DNA of 64,000 nt, from positions 97,252 through 161,251 of the forward strand of contig JBAYJA010000002.1 in assembly GCA_041665345.1 (NCBI GenBank). The letters are read 5' to 3'. Positions 47,912 to 57,923 of the stretch are shown piece by piece. A program made the translations under genes and the position numbers. Position 1 is the first letter of the stretch. Each line of letters begins with the position of its first letter. This DNA is from Patescibacteria group bacterium (GTDB lineage Bacteria; Patescibacteriota; Patescibacteriia; PEXW01). The notes under the pieces were generated by a model that was not told where the DNA came from, did not search any database, and saw only the letters and a list, made by a program, of their open reading frames with translations.

Positions 47912-48988
47912 ATGTCGGAAATACCTCAGTCTTCGTCTGCAGTTGCAACGAAGCAACGCATTGGGCTTGCAGTGAGTCTGTACGTCGGTTTTGCGGTACT
48001 CACTGCCGGAGCTGTGGGCGGATCTTTGGCTGCAGCGCTTTTTATTAAACCAGGAACACCAACGCCTACGCCAATTCCAATGAAAGTAAGTTACGTGCAG
48101 ACAGCATCAGTGCAGCTGCAATCAGCAGGGAGCCCGACAATAAGTTTTTTTACCTGGGAAGGTGTTAATCGAGTCGACTTTGGTGCTTTGTTTGGATCAA
48201 CAACGATTTTTACTCCTGGGAACCAGGCAACAAGTCGGCTTCCACTAGGTGTTACCGTTACAAATCCTCATCCTGCAATGGTTGTGGTCATTGCGGCAAA
48301 TGCAACGGAGAGCGGAAATGTCTATTCACTCATTCCCACAGCCCATGCGCAGGTTCAGGTTGGTACTGCTTCGAGTATCTGCATACCCGCAGTGAATGCA
48401 GCGAATTCAGGTGCGCTCATAAATATCAATACAAATACGAATCAATCTACGACGACGTACTACATTGATGCAAATGGAAACGCTTATGCGAATCCGAATT
48501 TAACTGGAGTCCTCAATCCAGTACCATGTGAAACTGTGCTTCAGAAAGCAATGATAGCTGACGGCATGACTGGCGCAACGTTAAATGCAGCATATCCTTC
48601 CGATGCCAGTCCAATGCTGGGTTTGTATGCTGGTGGGTATCCCATTGGCGCTCTTACCAGCAATACAACCACAGTGACGCCAGTTGAGGATCCAAACAAT
48701 GATCATCCATACCCTGGCGCGAAAAGCCCTTTGACCATGATTTTGGGAAGTACGCAAACGCAACCCATCTCCGCCCCCTCGCGCGTGCTGCAGCCACGGC
48801 TGACGGTCGGGACTGTGGTTTCAAGTAGTCAGGATTTGTGCATTCCTACATTTACTTTACCTGGTTCTGGTGGATCAGAGGGGAATGCAGTGGCATTTTT
48901 CTACGATCGATTTGGTAATCCCTATACGGATATTTTCCTCAGTCAGCGAGCAGCGTGCATTTTACCGCCAACTCCAGTGAATCAGTAA
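47912..48988 (+). CDS. Membrane-anchored Thr/Pro-rich surface protein
   Basis: N-terminal TM, PTPTP linker, two similar CIP...YY/FY.D..GN.Y repeats. Confidence 0.7.
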   Translation: MSEIPQSSSAVATKQRIGLAVSLYVGFAVLTAGAVGGSLAAALFIKPGTPTPTPIPMKVSYVQTASVQLQSAGSPTISFFTWEGVNRVDFGALFGSTTIFTPGNQATSRLPLGVTVTNPHPAMVVVIAANATESGNVYSLIPTAHAQVQVGTASSICIPAVNAANSGALININTNTNQSTTTYYIDANGNAYANPNLTGVLNPVPCETVLQKAMIADGMTGATLNAAYPSDASPMLGLYAGGYPIGALTSNTTTVTPVEDPNNDHPYPGAKSPLTMILGSTQTQPISAPSRVLQPRLTVGTVVSSSQDLCIPTFTLPGSGGSEGNAVAFFYDRFGNPYTDIFLSQRAACILPPTPVNQ

Positions 48989-49050
48989 AATCCTCATAGT
49001 ATGTACAAAACCCCTTCCCAAGTGGAGGGGGTTTTGCTATAGATACGTGC

Positions 49051-50025
49051 ATGGAGAACTTCTGGAACACACTCCCGAAGCCGATTTTAGCGCTGGCCCC
49101 CATGGCTGGGGTGACCGACTCGGCCTTCCGGCAAATGTGCAAACTTGGCGGCGCTGATGTGCTGTATACGGAGTTTGTGTCCACAGACGCGATTGTCTAC
49201 GAGAGTAAGAAGACCTTTGCCATGCTGAAGTTTAATCCCAGCGAGCAGCCTGTGGTTTGCCAGGTGTTTGGAAAAAAACCGGAACATTACTACAAGAGCG
49301 CCAAGGTGTTGGCCGAGCTTGGGTTTGCTGGCGTGGATATTAATTTTGGCTGCCCAGCGTACAAAGTGGTGAAGCATGGTGGGGGAGTGACGCTCATGCG
49401 TGATTTGAAAGTTGTACGAGAATTAGTCCAGGCAACCTGTGAGGGTTCGCCCATTCCGGTATCCGTTAAAATACGCGCCAGTATTTGCAAAGAAGGTTGT
49501 GCGGTGGACGATCCAGAAGGGCAGGTGACGGCTTTGGACCTGGTGGAGGCAATTAAAGATTTACCCGTAGCGACCGTGATGGTGCATGGCCGGAGCTTTG
49601 AACGTCCCTTTGACGGCAGCCCCAATGTGGAGGTAATAACTCAGGTCGTAAAAGCCTTTCCAGGGGTGGTTTTGGCTAATGGCGGGGTTTATTCGCCTGA
49701 AGAGGCAAAGGCTCTCCTAGAGCAAACTGGGGCCGCTGGCGTGGCTATTGCACGGGGTTCCTGGGGCCGGCCCTGGCTTTTCCAGCAGGTAAAGGACTAC
49801 CTAAAAACAGGGGCATACCAAGCCCCGGATTGGGAGGAATTGCAGCGGCGGATGCAGACGCATGCACAGATTGCTTTTGCGTCCACAGGGAGCCACGGGC
49901 TCATTGAACTGCGAAAGCACCTTGCCTGGTACGTGAAGGGTTTGGACAATGCCAAGGAGTTGCGCTCCAAGTTGGTACGGGTCACAACACTCGCGGAGGT
50001 AGAAAGTGCTTTAGAGGATGCATAA
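49051..50025 (+). CDS. dusB: tRNA-dihydrouridine synthase (DusB-like)
   Basis: LAPMAGVTDSAFR, DINFGCP, SVKIR, VHGR, ANGGV, IARG. Confidence 0.9.
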   Translation: MENFWNTLPKPILALAPMAGVTDSAFRQMCKLGGADVLYTEFVSTDAIVYESKKTFAMLKFNPSEQPVVCQVFGKKPEHYYKSAKVLAELGFAGVDINFGCPAYKVVKHGGGVTLMRDLKVVRELVQATCEGSPIPVSVKIRASICKEGCAVDDPEGQVTALDLVEAIKDLPVATVMVHGRSFERPFDGSPNVEVITQVVKAFPGVVLANGGVYSPEEAKALLEQTGAAGVAIARGSWGRPWLFQQVKDYLKTGAYQAPDWEELQRRMQTHAQIAFASTGSHGLIELRKHLAWYVKGLDNAKELRSKLVRVTTLAEVESALEDA

Positions 50026-50053
50026 AAAGGCGACCGGGGGTCGCCTTTTCAAT

Positions 50054-50257
50054 TTACAACGTAAATGTCACATCGGCCTTACATACTTCGTTCGGGCATG
50101 ATGCCGTGTAAAAGTCACCGTCGCGTTGGTCAGAGGTGAATTTTACTTTATCACCAGCTTCTAACCTGAACTCACATTTACACGTTCGGCAATCTAGTTT
50201 TTTGCCCACCCAAGGCTCGCGTGGATTCAATCTTCCTTCTTTTAGGATTTTTGTCAT
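50054..50257 (-). CDS. Small Zn-ribbon protein
   Basis: CRTC and CPNEVC; GGAGG RBS; TTGACA..TATACT promoter. Confidence 0.65.
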   Translation of the reverse strand: MTKILKEGRLNPREPWVGKKLDCRTCKCEFRLEAGDKVKFTSDQRDGDFYTASCPNEVCKADVTFTL

Positions 50258-50414
50258 TTTTCCTCCATTGATTTTAATTTTTTCGTCAGCACGAGTTTAG
50301 TATAGGTCTTAGACAATGTCAATAGGTTCTCTCTAAACCCTTTTTTCACTGTCATTCTGAGTCCTCCAGCAGGAGGGCGAAGAATCTCCGAAGCTCGTCG
50401 TTACCATCAGGCAG

Positions 50415-50540
50415 ATGCCGTCACGGACATACTACGTCTATATCCTCACCAATAAGCATCACACGGTGTTGCATACTGGGGTGACGAATGACCTGGAGCG
50501 ACGGGTGACCCTGTCCGCCCACGTAGCAAAATTGGTTTAA
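50415..50540 (+). pseudogene. Truncated GIY-YIG nuclease remnant within a REP cluster
   Basis: MPSRTYYVYILTNKHHTVLHTGVTNDLERRV, homologous to the N-terminus of 34670-34987, then interrupted; TGTCATTCTGAG REP at 50350 and partner at ~51020-51051. Confidence 0.75.
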
Positions 50541-51139
50541 TTTGAAAAAAGCTTGAAGCATATAGTACAGACTTGACTCGGTAAGGGTTGCCCTCTTCAC
50601 CACCGGGGTGCTTCCGATGGGCCGCACCCGTCTCCGACCCCTTGGAAAGGGGAGGACAGATACTAAGACACCTTGGTCAGGAATGAGCCACAAACTTGTC
50701 CCCTCCTTGCAAAAGGAGGGGGTTGGGGGTGGTAACCCTTCCCGGGGTGACACTGTTATACAAACCAAGTAGGCAAAATGGCCACAGCCTGTTTCTGTAT
50801 TACCGGAAGATTGCCACGTCCCGCATGTGCGGGACTCGCAATGACAGAATAGAGAGAAGGAGAGGGATCGAAATATAGTACCAAGACTGCAGAACGTCTC
50901 CCTCGCCCTCTGAGGGAGAGGGAACAAGGGAGAGGGGGCACCCTCATGGGTCGATCACATCTAAAAAACCAAGCACGAAGAAAGAGCACGGTTAGTCTTC
51001 TTGGTTCCGTGTAACAGCAAGATTCTTCGACGCAGACTCCTCAGAATGACAAGAGAGAAAACAAAAGTCCGACCTTGCGGTCGGGCTTTTGGGTATACCT
51101 GAGAAACGGTACACTTTTATTTTTTTCGCACGCTGATAC

Positions 51140-51616
51140 TTACTGAGTTAAAAGGCCGGCTACTGTTTGCACACTGAAGTCGCCAGTGCCTTCGGTGGTG
51201 ATGCTCACCCACCCACTGCCACCCCAACTTGCGGGGATGCTCTTGTTAACGCAGCTTGCTACCTTCGAATTCAAATCTTGCAGCTTGCTGGCGTCAGAGT
51301 ACTTGGTGACTAATGCTGTGGTCTTCGCTGCTGCCGTGGTCTTCGCGTCAGCTAGGGCTGCGGTGTTCTCTGCTTGAACGGTTGCAATGAGACAACCATG
51401 CCCAGCTGCCCACGCGCCCTGCGTGTAGACCGCTTCTTGCGCCTTGGCATCCTTATCACGGAAAGCGGCAAGGTTTGGACCAATTTCATCTGTAGCATTA
51501 TTAATTGCCCAGATGAAGAAAATGCCTAGCAAGAACACGAAGATGAAAGCGACAGCCAACACGATAGGGGAGCCGTAGGTCAGCTTTGGGTCAAAAAGTG
51601 TTTCGTTTTTTGCCAT
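51140..51616 (-). CDS. Membrane-anchored hypothetical (pilin-like) protein
   Basis: GGAGGTG RBS; one N-terminal TM helix; Cys pair. Confidence 0.7.
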   Translation of the reverse strand: MAKNETLFDPKLTYGSPIVLAVAFIFVFLLGIFFIWAINNATDEIGPNLAAFRDKDAKAQEAVYTQGAWAAGHGCLIATVQAENTAALADAKTTAAAKTTALVTKYSDASKLQDLNSKVASCVNKSIPASWGGSGWVSITTEGTGDFSVQTVAGLLTQ

Positions 51617-51678
51617 AATTCTTCACCTCCTTCCAATTGTAACTGCTTTGTTGTGTTCGTTTTCAGCGGGGAACCTAC

Positions 51679-52638
51679 TCAGCCTTTGGCGGCCATCCGT
51701 GCTTCTTCCAAAGGTAGTTCCACAAAATCTTTCACCACAATCCGTAGGTCTTCCAGTGTAACCTCTGTGGGTCCAGTATTCTTCTTCCCCACTTCAATTT
51801 GTGCTAGGTGGACACGGGAACCGGCTTCATCCAGTACATCAATTGCTTTGTCAGGGAACACGCGATCTCGTAGGTGTTCCTTTGCTAGCTGGATTATAGC
51901 TTCCAGCACGGCATCTGAATAGCGGACGTTGTGGTACGTTTCGTACTTGCCTTTGAGACCCCGCATAATTTCCAGAGTTTGCTCTGGGGACGGTTCATCA
52001 ATGAGCACAGGCTGAAACCGGCGTTCAAGGGTTTGGTCTTTCTCCACGTACTTCTGGTACTCTTCCAGGGTTGTTGCACCAACCACCTGCAATTCACCCC
52101 GGGCCAGGGCAGGCTTCAAAATGTCCGCTGCATCAATGGCGCCTGTGGCTTCACCCGCTTCTGCCAAAGTGTGGAGCTCATCAATGAACAAGACAATGTG
52201 TCGTTCCGCGGCAATGATTTCATCCACCAGAGCCTTCAATCGCTTTTCAAATTCCCCACGGTACTTGGTGCCCGCAACTAATCCAGAAAGGTCCAGAGCA
52301 AGCACGCGTTTGTGCTTCAGGGTTTCTGGTACATTCCCGCTGGCAATTTCGTTGGCCAACTCTTCTACAATTGCCGTTTTGCCCACTCCGGATTTGCCAA
52401 TTAGTACAGGGTTATTCTTCGTGCGACGGGAGAGAATTTCGATAACGCGGTAGATCTCGTGCTTCCGACCAATCACTGGATCCAGTTTGCCAGCAGTGGC
52501 CAAAGCGGTGAGGTCTTTGGCGTACAAATCCAAAATGCGGCCAGAGGACTTTACATTCACATCACCTTGACGACGCAACAGTAAAAAGGTGAGCAGGATT
52601 GCTAAAGCAATGATGCCAACAATTGTATAGGGGCTCAT
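51679..52638 (-). CDS. Membrane-anchored single-NBD Clp/Hsp100-type AAA+ ATPase
   Basis: N-terminal TM; [58 protein letters not shown]; ends after NBD1. Confidence 0.85.
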   Translation of the reverse strand: MSPYTIVGIIALAILLTFLLLRRQGDVNVKSSGRILDLYAKDLTALATAGKLDPVIGRKHEIYRVIEILSRRTKNNPVLIGKSGVGKTAIVEELANEIASGNVPETLKHKRVLALDLSGLVAGTKYRGEFEKRLKALVDEIIAAERHIVLFIDELHTLAEAGEATGAIDAADILKPALARGELQVVGATTLEEYQKYVEKDQTLERRFQPVLIDEPSPEQTLEIMRGLKGKYETYHNVRYSDAVLEAIIQLAKEHLRDRVFPDKAIDVLDEAGSRVHLAQIEVGKKNTGPTEVTLEDLRIVVKDFVELPLEEARMAAKG

Positions 52639-52796
52639 ATACGAATTTTCCAGACGAGATAGGTGAGCCCAAACCCCAGCAGGACGCTGCCTGTGAAGGT
52701 GAGTGTCGCAATGCGGAAAGCAAGACTCACTCGGCTGAGGGTGGTCATCGCAGCAGTGGCTTGCGTTTGTACGGCAACGTCGGTCATAGGAAGCAT
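52635..52796 (-). CDS. 53-aa single-TM peptide (not in ORF track)
   Basis: [10 protein letters not shown]...[20 protein letters not shown]; stop overlaps the Clp-like ATG (ATGA). Confidence 0.6.
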   Translation of the reverse strand: MLPMTDVAVQTQATAAMTTLSRVSLAFRIATLTFTGSVLLGFGLTYLVWKIRI

Positions 52797-52805
52797 AGCT
52801 TTATC

Positions 52806-53741
52806 TTACAACCAACGCTTACGTTTGAAAATGTAGACCGAGAGTCCAGTGATAATTGCCAGCAGGCCAAGCAAACCGTAGAAGCCATTGTCCGTATCCA
52901 CCAGGGGAGTGCGGGCAAGTCGCGCGGCGATTATTGTCGTTGCAAGTGTGAGGGTGAAAATGATCACGGAGATCGTGGTATACGTCTTCATGATGTCATT
53001 CAACCGGAAGGAGATGAGTGATTCATTGGTCTGCTGTAGAGCCTCCACCGATTCTTTGAATGCTTCCAAGTGATCCCAAATTTCTTTGGTACGTTCCACT
53101 GCATTATTGAGCAGCGCATTTGCGGTTTCAGGTTCGGTAAGTTGTAGCACGCGGTTTGCAACTTCCATCTTCTTCACCACATTCTTGTGCGCCTGCATGA
53201 TCTTGCGGAAGTCGGTGATGTTCCGGCGGGTGACCAGAATTTCTTTCACCATCGACTTTTCCGATCCACGGAAAATCAGCCGTTCAATGGCATGCAAGTC
53301 CATGGAAATATGGTCGAGCATGGGCAAACAGGCATTCAGTTGTCTGTTCGTAAGCTCGGCGGTCAACAGCAGTGGATTATCCAGGTGCGCTTGTGGGTGC
53401 GCGTTCAGGGCTTTTACTTCTGTAAACAGATGCTGTACAGAATGCAGCCGTTCATCATGGATGGTGATGATCAGGTCTTTCTGAATGAAGAAGTCAATTT
53501 CCGTGGGCTCAATTTCTCGCGTCTTCCGGTTGAAGACCGGGAAGAGGAGTACCAGGAAGGCATACTTTTCATGTATCTCGAGCTTCGGCCGCTGGCCATT
53601 ACTCACGCAGTCTTTGATATCCAAAGCTTGGAAGTACGGAAAATGCTCCCGGAGGTAGGAGACCTCAGGGGTGTCGTCTGCAGTTGCGCCCGTGATATTT
53701 ATCCAGCGGAAAGAACCCGCTGAAACTTCACGAATTGCCAT
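52806..53741 (-). CDS. CorA-like divalent cation transporter (GMN motif not conserved)
   Basis: QRPKLE, EIDFFI, RLNDIMKTYT, two C-terminal TM helices, KRKRWL; AARL where GMN is expected. Confidence 0.8.
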   Translation of the reverse strand: MAIREVSAGSFRWINITGATADDTPEVSYLREHFPYFQALDIKDCVSNGQRPKLEIHEKYAFLVLLFPVFNRKTREIEPTEIDFFIQKDLIITIHDERLHSVQHLFTEVKALNAHPQAHLDNPLLLTAELTNRQLNACLPMLDHISMDLHAIERLIFRGSEKSMVKEILVTRRNITDFRKIMQAHKNVVKKMEVANRVLQLTEPETANALLNNAVERTKEIWDHLEAFKESVEALQQTNESLISFRLNDIMKTYTTISVIIFTLTLATTIIAARLARTPLVDTDNGFYGLLGLLAIITGLSVYIFKRKRWL

Positions 53742-53866
53742 ATAGAAGAGTGATTTTTCTTTTTGATATATATATCATAGCACGAATTGGTAATAAATGC
53801 AAGTTTGTATTGTAATATGAAAATCCTCACCTTGTGGGGGTGAGGATTTGGATAAGGATCTATATG

Positions 53867-54295
53867 TTACCAGGGAGGGCAAATTGAATTTGCGTACAAG
53901 TTTACTTTGGCAGAGTGTTCATCTCTTCGGAGCACGTCGCATCCTTCGCAAGTAGACCAGGTGACCACTGCCCGAATTTCTACGGTACCCCGGGCATCAT
54001 TTGCTAGCCAGGTGTTGCTCACTTCCTTTCCAGCAACGAAGTACTTTATTTTGCTTACGTATCCCTGGGTTTCAAAAACTGGTACGTATACAAACGCAAC
54101 ACCTCCTTCTGACCAAGGAACAGAATACAACTGTCCCTCATAGAGGCTTTTTCTCGTACCGTTTTCAAAAACCAATTTCAAGCCGCCGTAGCTTGGGAGA
54201 TCAGTGTTTTGAATTGTCAACCCGCCTTGAATAACCATTGAACAACCGGCTATGCAAAAGCAGCAGATCAGCATGAAAAGAAATAAATGTTTCAT
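53867..54295 (-). CDS. Putative lipoprotein
   Basis: IAG|C lipobox-like signal. Confidence 0.65.
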   Translation of the reverse strand: MKHLFLFMLICCFCIAGCSMVIQGGLTIQNTDLPSYGGLKLVFENGTRKSLYEGQLYSVPWSEGGVAFVYVPVFETQGYVSKIKYFVAGKEVSNTWLANDARGTVEIRAVVTWSTCEGCDVLRRDEHSAKVNLYANSICPPW

Positions 54296-54298
54296 GGC

Positions 54299-54712
54299 TT
54301 ACCTCACACCTACTTCCAAAGTAATTTCCAAGTACTCGTGTGGATCGAGTAGAACAGTCCACTCATATGATTGTCCTGCATAGTCTAAGACAATAAACAA
54401 ACTCGTGGCACCCGGAGGTGCATGTCCAACGAAACTACTGGTGGTGAGGTCGATTGATTTATATCTTGGTTGTACAGTTGCAGGAGAATAGGTGACACCC
54501 AAATGTCCACCATAGATGTCCCGTCCACTTGGGGTTTTGAAGTGAATTTTGAAGTTCGGCCGAAAGTGAATGCCCTGCGTTTCCATTCGTGCATCGAGAG
54601 ATGCGCTTTTACCAATCGAGCCAGGAATGGTTTTCCAAAGTTTCGCCACGGCACAACCATCAATCCACCATGCGCACATGCACAGCAATGCAATGAAAAT
54701 TAAATTTTTCAT
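54299..54712 (-). CDS. Putative lipoprotein/exported protein
   Basis: Signal peptide with IDG|C; own TTGACA promoter ~54783. Confidence 0.6.
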   Translation of the reverse strand: MKNLIFIALLCMCAWWIDGCAVAKLWKTIPGSIGKSASLDARMETQGIHFRPNFKIHFKTPSGRDIYGGHLGVTYSPATVQPRYKSIDLTTSSFVGHAPPGATSLFIVLDYAGQSYEWTVLLDPHEYLEITLEVGVR

Positions 54713-54824
54713 GTTCTCTTTTCCTTTCAGTTTTTTTGTTTTTCAAATCAAGCTACCTTACCTTAGATATGGTGAAATGTCAAGGTTGAGTGGGAGGTGA
54801 AAAAATGGTATAATGTGTTCACCT

Positions 54825-55361
54825 ATGCCTGTCCAAAATGCTGCTACACCAGGAGTGCCCATGCCGGAAAAAGAGCCGGAGGATATTTTTGCCTTTCAAG
54901 GGGAAACTCCAGCTACGCCAGAAGGTCGGGTGGAGGTACGCGTTGAACAACCTGTAGAAAAACGTGAGACTCGGCCAGAAGTTGCTCCAGTAAAGGAACA
55001 GCCCGAAGTTCCTGTTGCACATGAGACACCTACCACCCAACCTGTAACGAACCAAGCGTTGCCAGTGCAAGCGGCTGACCAGCGGCTCATTCAGGTGGAG
55101 AAGATTTTAGCTGAAGGATTGGAGGAGATTTACAAAACCTTGCCGTCGGCTGAGCAACAGCGTTTTCGGATTGAAGGGGAAAAGGCGGCACACGAAGTTG
55201 CCACGCTGATGGGGCAAGTCAAAGTGCGGGTGCAGCAAATCATCACGGTTATCAGAAAGTGGCTTTCCGTTTTGCCTGGGGTGAACAAGTACTTCATTGA
55301 GCAGGAAGCAAAAATTAAAGCACAACGCATTCTGCTTCTCCGTGACCCAGAAAAGTTGTGA
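54825..55361 (+). CDS. Hypothetical protein coupled to the DUF87 ATPase gene
   Basis: Pro/Glu-rich N-terminus; WLSVLPGVNKYFIEQEAKIKA; stop overlaps the next start. Confidence 0.75.
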   Translation: MPVQNAATPGVPMPEKEPEDIFAFQGETPATPEGRVEVRVEQPVEKRETRPEVAPVKEQPEVPVAHETPTTQPVTNQALPVQAADQRLIQVEKILAEGLEEIYKTLPSAEQQRFRIEGEKAAHEVATLMGQVKVRVQQIITVIRKWLSVLPGVNKYFIEQEAKIKAQRILLLRDPEKL

Positions 55362-57913
55362 TTGGCGCTTTTTTCATTTCCGCAGCACACGCCCAGTTTC
55401 TGGATGAGCCGGCGGTCGTTGAAACCAGCTTCCCGTGGCTGGTCGTTGTACTTGTGGTGATTGTCGTCCTTTTGGTGTTGGTTGGACTCGTCCTGCTCCG
55501 GCAGCGCCGTCGGAAGGGCACGCCAGGGAATTTGCAAAAAGTATTTTTGCGCGTGACTTTACCCAAAGAGCAGCAAGAAGAGGAGAATGGCCAGGCTGCT
55601 TCTCGTGTGCAGCAAATGCAGGAGCAGATTAGCGTTGGTGAATCCTTCCTCTCCTTTTTGGCAAATATGCGAGCGCAGCGGTGGTACGCCACCTTGGGTC
55701 AAGGCCGTAGCGATCACTTCAGTTTGGAAATTGCCGCCATCAACGGTGAGATTTGCTTCTACGTGGTGGTGCCGCAGGTGATGCAGGAATTCATGGTGCA
55801 GCAAATCCACGCCCAGTACCCCAGCGCGGAAGTCCTGCCAGTGCCGGAGTACAATCCATTCCAACCCCGAGCTGTGACTTTGGGTGCGGCAATTGGCGTT
55901 TCTAAGAATCCACTGTTGCCTATTCTAACCTACCGGCGCATGGATGTGGATCCACTTGCCGGTCTGTTGAACATTCTGGGGAAGCTTGGGCAGGGTGAGT
56001 CTGTGGTCATTCAGTACGTCTGCCGTTCTTCTCACCCCCGGTGGCACGCTCGTGCAGGTTCGATGATTCGCGGCATTCGGGAGGGGAAGAGTACGTCGGT
56101 TGCCGGTGGGTTAGCAAAGTCGGTTGCGTCTGAGGTTATTCACACCTTCATCCCCAAAGGGAAGAAAGATGATTTGGCAGATATTCCCAAGCAACTCTCG
56201 CCCGTACAGGAGGAGCTTATTAACCGGATTCAGGAGAAGAGCGCAAAGCCTGCGTTTGACGTGAATGTCCGCATTATCGTTTCCTGCCAGAATGCGCATA
56301 CTGCCACTGCGCGCCTGCAAAATGTGGTGGACGCCTTTGGACAGTACACAGCGTCGGATACAGGGAATGGGTTTCGGAAGCGGAGCTCAGGAACCAATGA
56401 TACAATTGTCCGTTCCTTCATCTATCGGGCTTTTGATGCAAAGCGTTTTGCCTTCCATCGCATCATGTCCTTACTTACTACAGAGGAAATGGCGAGTATG
56501 TGGCACTTGCCACTGGCGAGTACGGAAACGCCAAACGTGCGCTGGATTTTGTACCGTACCGCGCCACCCCCACTTACGATTCCTAAATCTGGCATCCTGT
56601 TGGGCATCAGCCGGTACCGTGGGGATGAAACGCCTATTCGGATAGCGCGGGAAGACCGGCGACGGCATGCCTACGTGATTGGAAAATCTGGTGTAGGAAA
56701 ATCTGTGCTCATGGCGAACATGGCCTTGCAGGACATTGCCAATGGTGACGGCGTCTGCGTGGTGGATCCACACGGAGATTTGGTGATGGATATTCTTGCT
56801 CGGCTGCCCGTAAACCGGAAAGACGACGTCATCTACTTCAATCCTTCTGATACTGAACACCCGGTGGGTTTGAACATGCTGGAGGCGGATACGCCCGAGG
56901 AGCAGGATTTTGCCGTGCAGGAAATGATTGCAATTTTCATGAAGCTGTTCCCGCCGGAAGTCATTGGTCCCATGTTTGAGCACAACATGCGGAATGTGAT
57001 GCTCACGCTCATGGCGGACAAAGAAAACCCCGGGACGATTGTAGAAATTCCACGCATGTTTACCGACCCAGCTTTTCAGAAAATGAAGGTAGCAAATGTA
57101 ACTGATCCAATTGTCCGGTCCTTCTGGGAAAAGGAAATGGCCAAGACTAGTGATTTCCACAAGAGTGAAATGCTGGGCTACTTGATTAGCAAAGTTGGGC
57201 GCTTCGTAGAAAATGCCATGATGCGGAATGTGATTGGCCAGCCGCGCAGTGGCTTTGACTTCCGGAAGATAATGGATGAAGGGAAAATTCTCCTGGTAAA
57301 CTTGTCCAAGGGAACGACTGGCGAAGTGAATGCAAACCTGTTGGGGTTAATTATTGTAAGCAAACTGCAGATGACGGCTTTGCGCCGGGCAAATCTACCT
57401 CAGGAGCAGCGCCGAGATTTCTTTCTGCACATTGATGAATTTCAAAACTTCATTACCGACTCTGTGGCGACAATCCTCTCTGAAGCTCGGAAGTACCGTT
57501 TGAATCTCACCATTGGCCACCAGTACGTTGGCCAGCTGGTGCAAGGCGCGGACACGAAGATTCGCGATGCGGTCTTTGGGAACGTCGGCACCATCATTGC
57601 CTTCCGGGTGGGTGTGGAAGATGCCGAGACCTTTGCTCAAGCCTTTGCTCCAACCTTCAGTGCGTACGACGTCACGAATGTGGAAAAGTACACGGCGATT
57701 GTGAAGTTACTGGTGGACAATGCCTCATCTAAGCCATTTACCATGCAAACTTTGGCATTGAATCCTGAAGTGCCAGGCCAGGCGCAACAGCTCATTGAGC
57801 TGTCACGCATGCGGTACGGTCGCGCTCGTCAGCAGGTGGAAAGTGAAATTTTGGAACGTTCCAAGTTGGGCGTGAGCGCCCCGCCACCAATGGTCGCGGA
57901 GAAGAAGGCGTAG
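55358..57913 (+). CDS. Membrane-anchored TraG/VirD4/HerA-like (DUF87) ATPase
   Basis: [40 protein letters not shown]. Confidence 0.88.
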   Translation: MIGAFFISAAHAQFLDEPAVVETSFPWLVVVLVVIVVLLVLVGLVLLRQRRRKGTPGNLQKVFLRVTLPKEQQEEENGQAASRVQQMQEQISVGESFLSFLANMRAQRWYATLGQGRSDHFSLEIAAINGEICFYVVVPQVMQEFMVQQIHAQYPSAEVLPVPEYNPFQPRAVTLGAAIGVSKNPLLPILTYRRMDVDPLAGLLNILGKLGQGESVVIQYVCRSSHPRWHARAGSMIRGIREGKSTSVAGGLAKSVASEVIHTFIPKGKKDDLADIPKQLSPVQEELINRIQEKSAKPAFDVNVRIIVSCQNAHTATARLQNVVDAFGQYTASDTGNGFRKRSSGTNDTIVRSFIYRAFDAKRFAFHRIMSLLTTEEMASMWHLPLASTETPNVRWILYRTAPPPLTIPKSGILLGISRYRGDETPIRIAREDRRRHAYVIGKSGVGKSVLMANMALQDIANGDGVCVVDPHGDLVMDILARLPVNRKDDVIYFNPSDTEHPVGLNMLEADTPEEQDFAVQEMIAIFMKLFPPEVIGPMFEHNMRNVMLTLMADKENPGTIVEIPRMFTDPAFQKMKVANVTDPIVRSFWEKEMAKTSDFHKSEMLGYLISKVGRFVENAMMRNVIGQPRSGFDFRKIMDEGKILLVNLSKGTTGEVNANLLGLIIVSKLQMTALRRANLPQEQRRDFFLHIDEFQNFITDSVATILSEARKYRLNLTIGHQYVGQLVQGADTKIRDAVFGNVGTIIAFRVGVEDAETFAQAFAPTFSAYDVTNVEKYTAIVKLLVDNASSKPFTMQTLALNPEVPGQAQQLIELSRMRYGRARQQVESEILERSKLGVSAPPPMVAEKKA

Positions 57914-57923
57914 GGCAGTATTT

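Noticed and set aside
50421-50989. 168-aa and 77-aa minus-strand ORFs
   Set aside because: Translations of REP palindromes and the antisense of the GIY-YIG remnant
55358-57913. Conjugative element/ICE
   Set aside because: No relaxase, VirB4 partner set or integrase nearby; such ATPases are routine chromosomal genes in Parcubacteria
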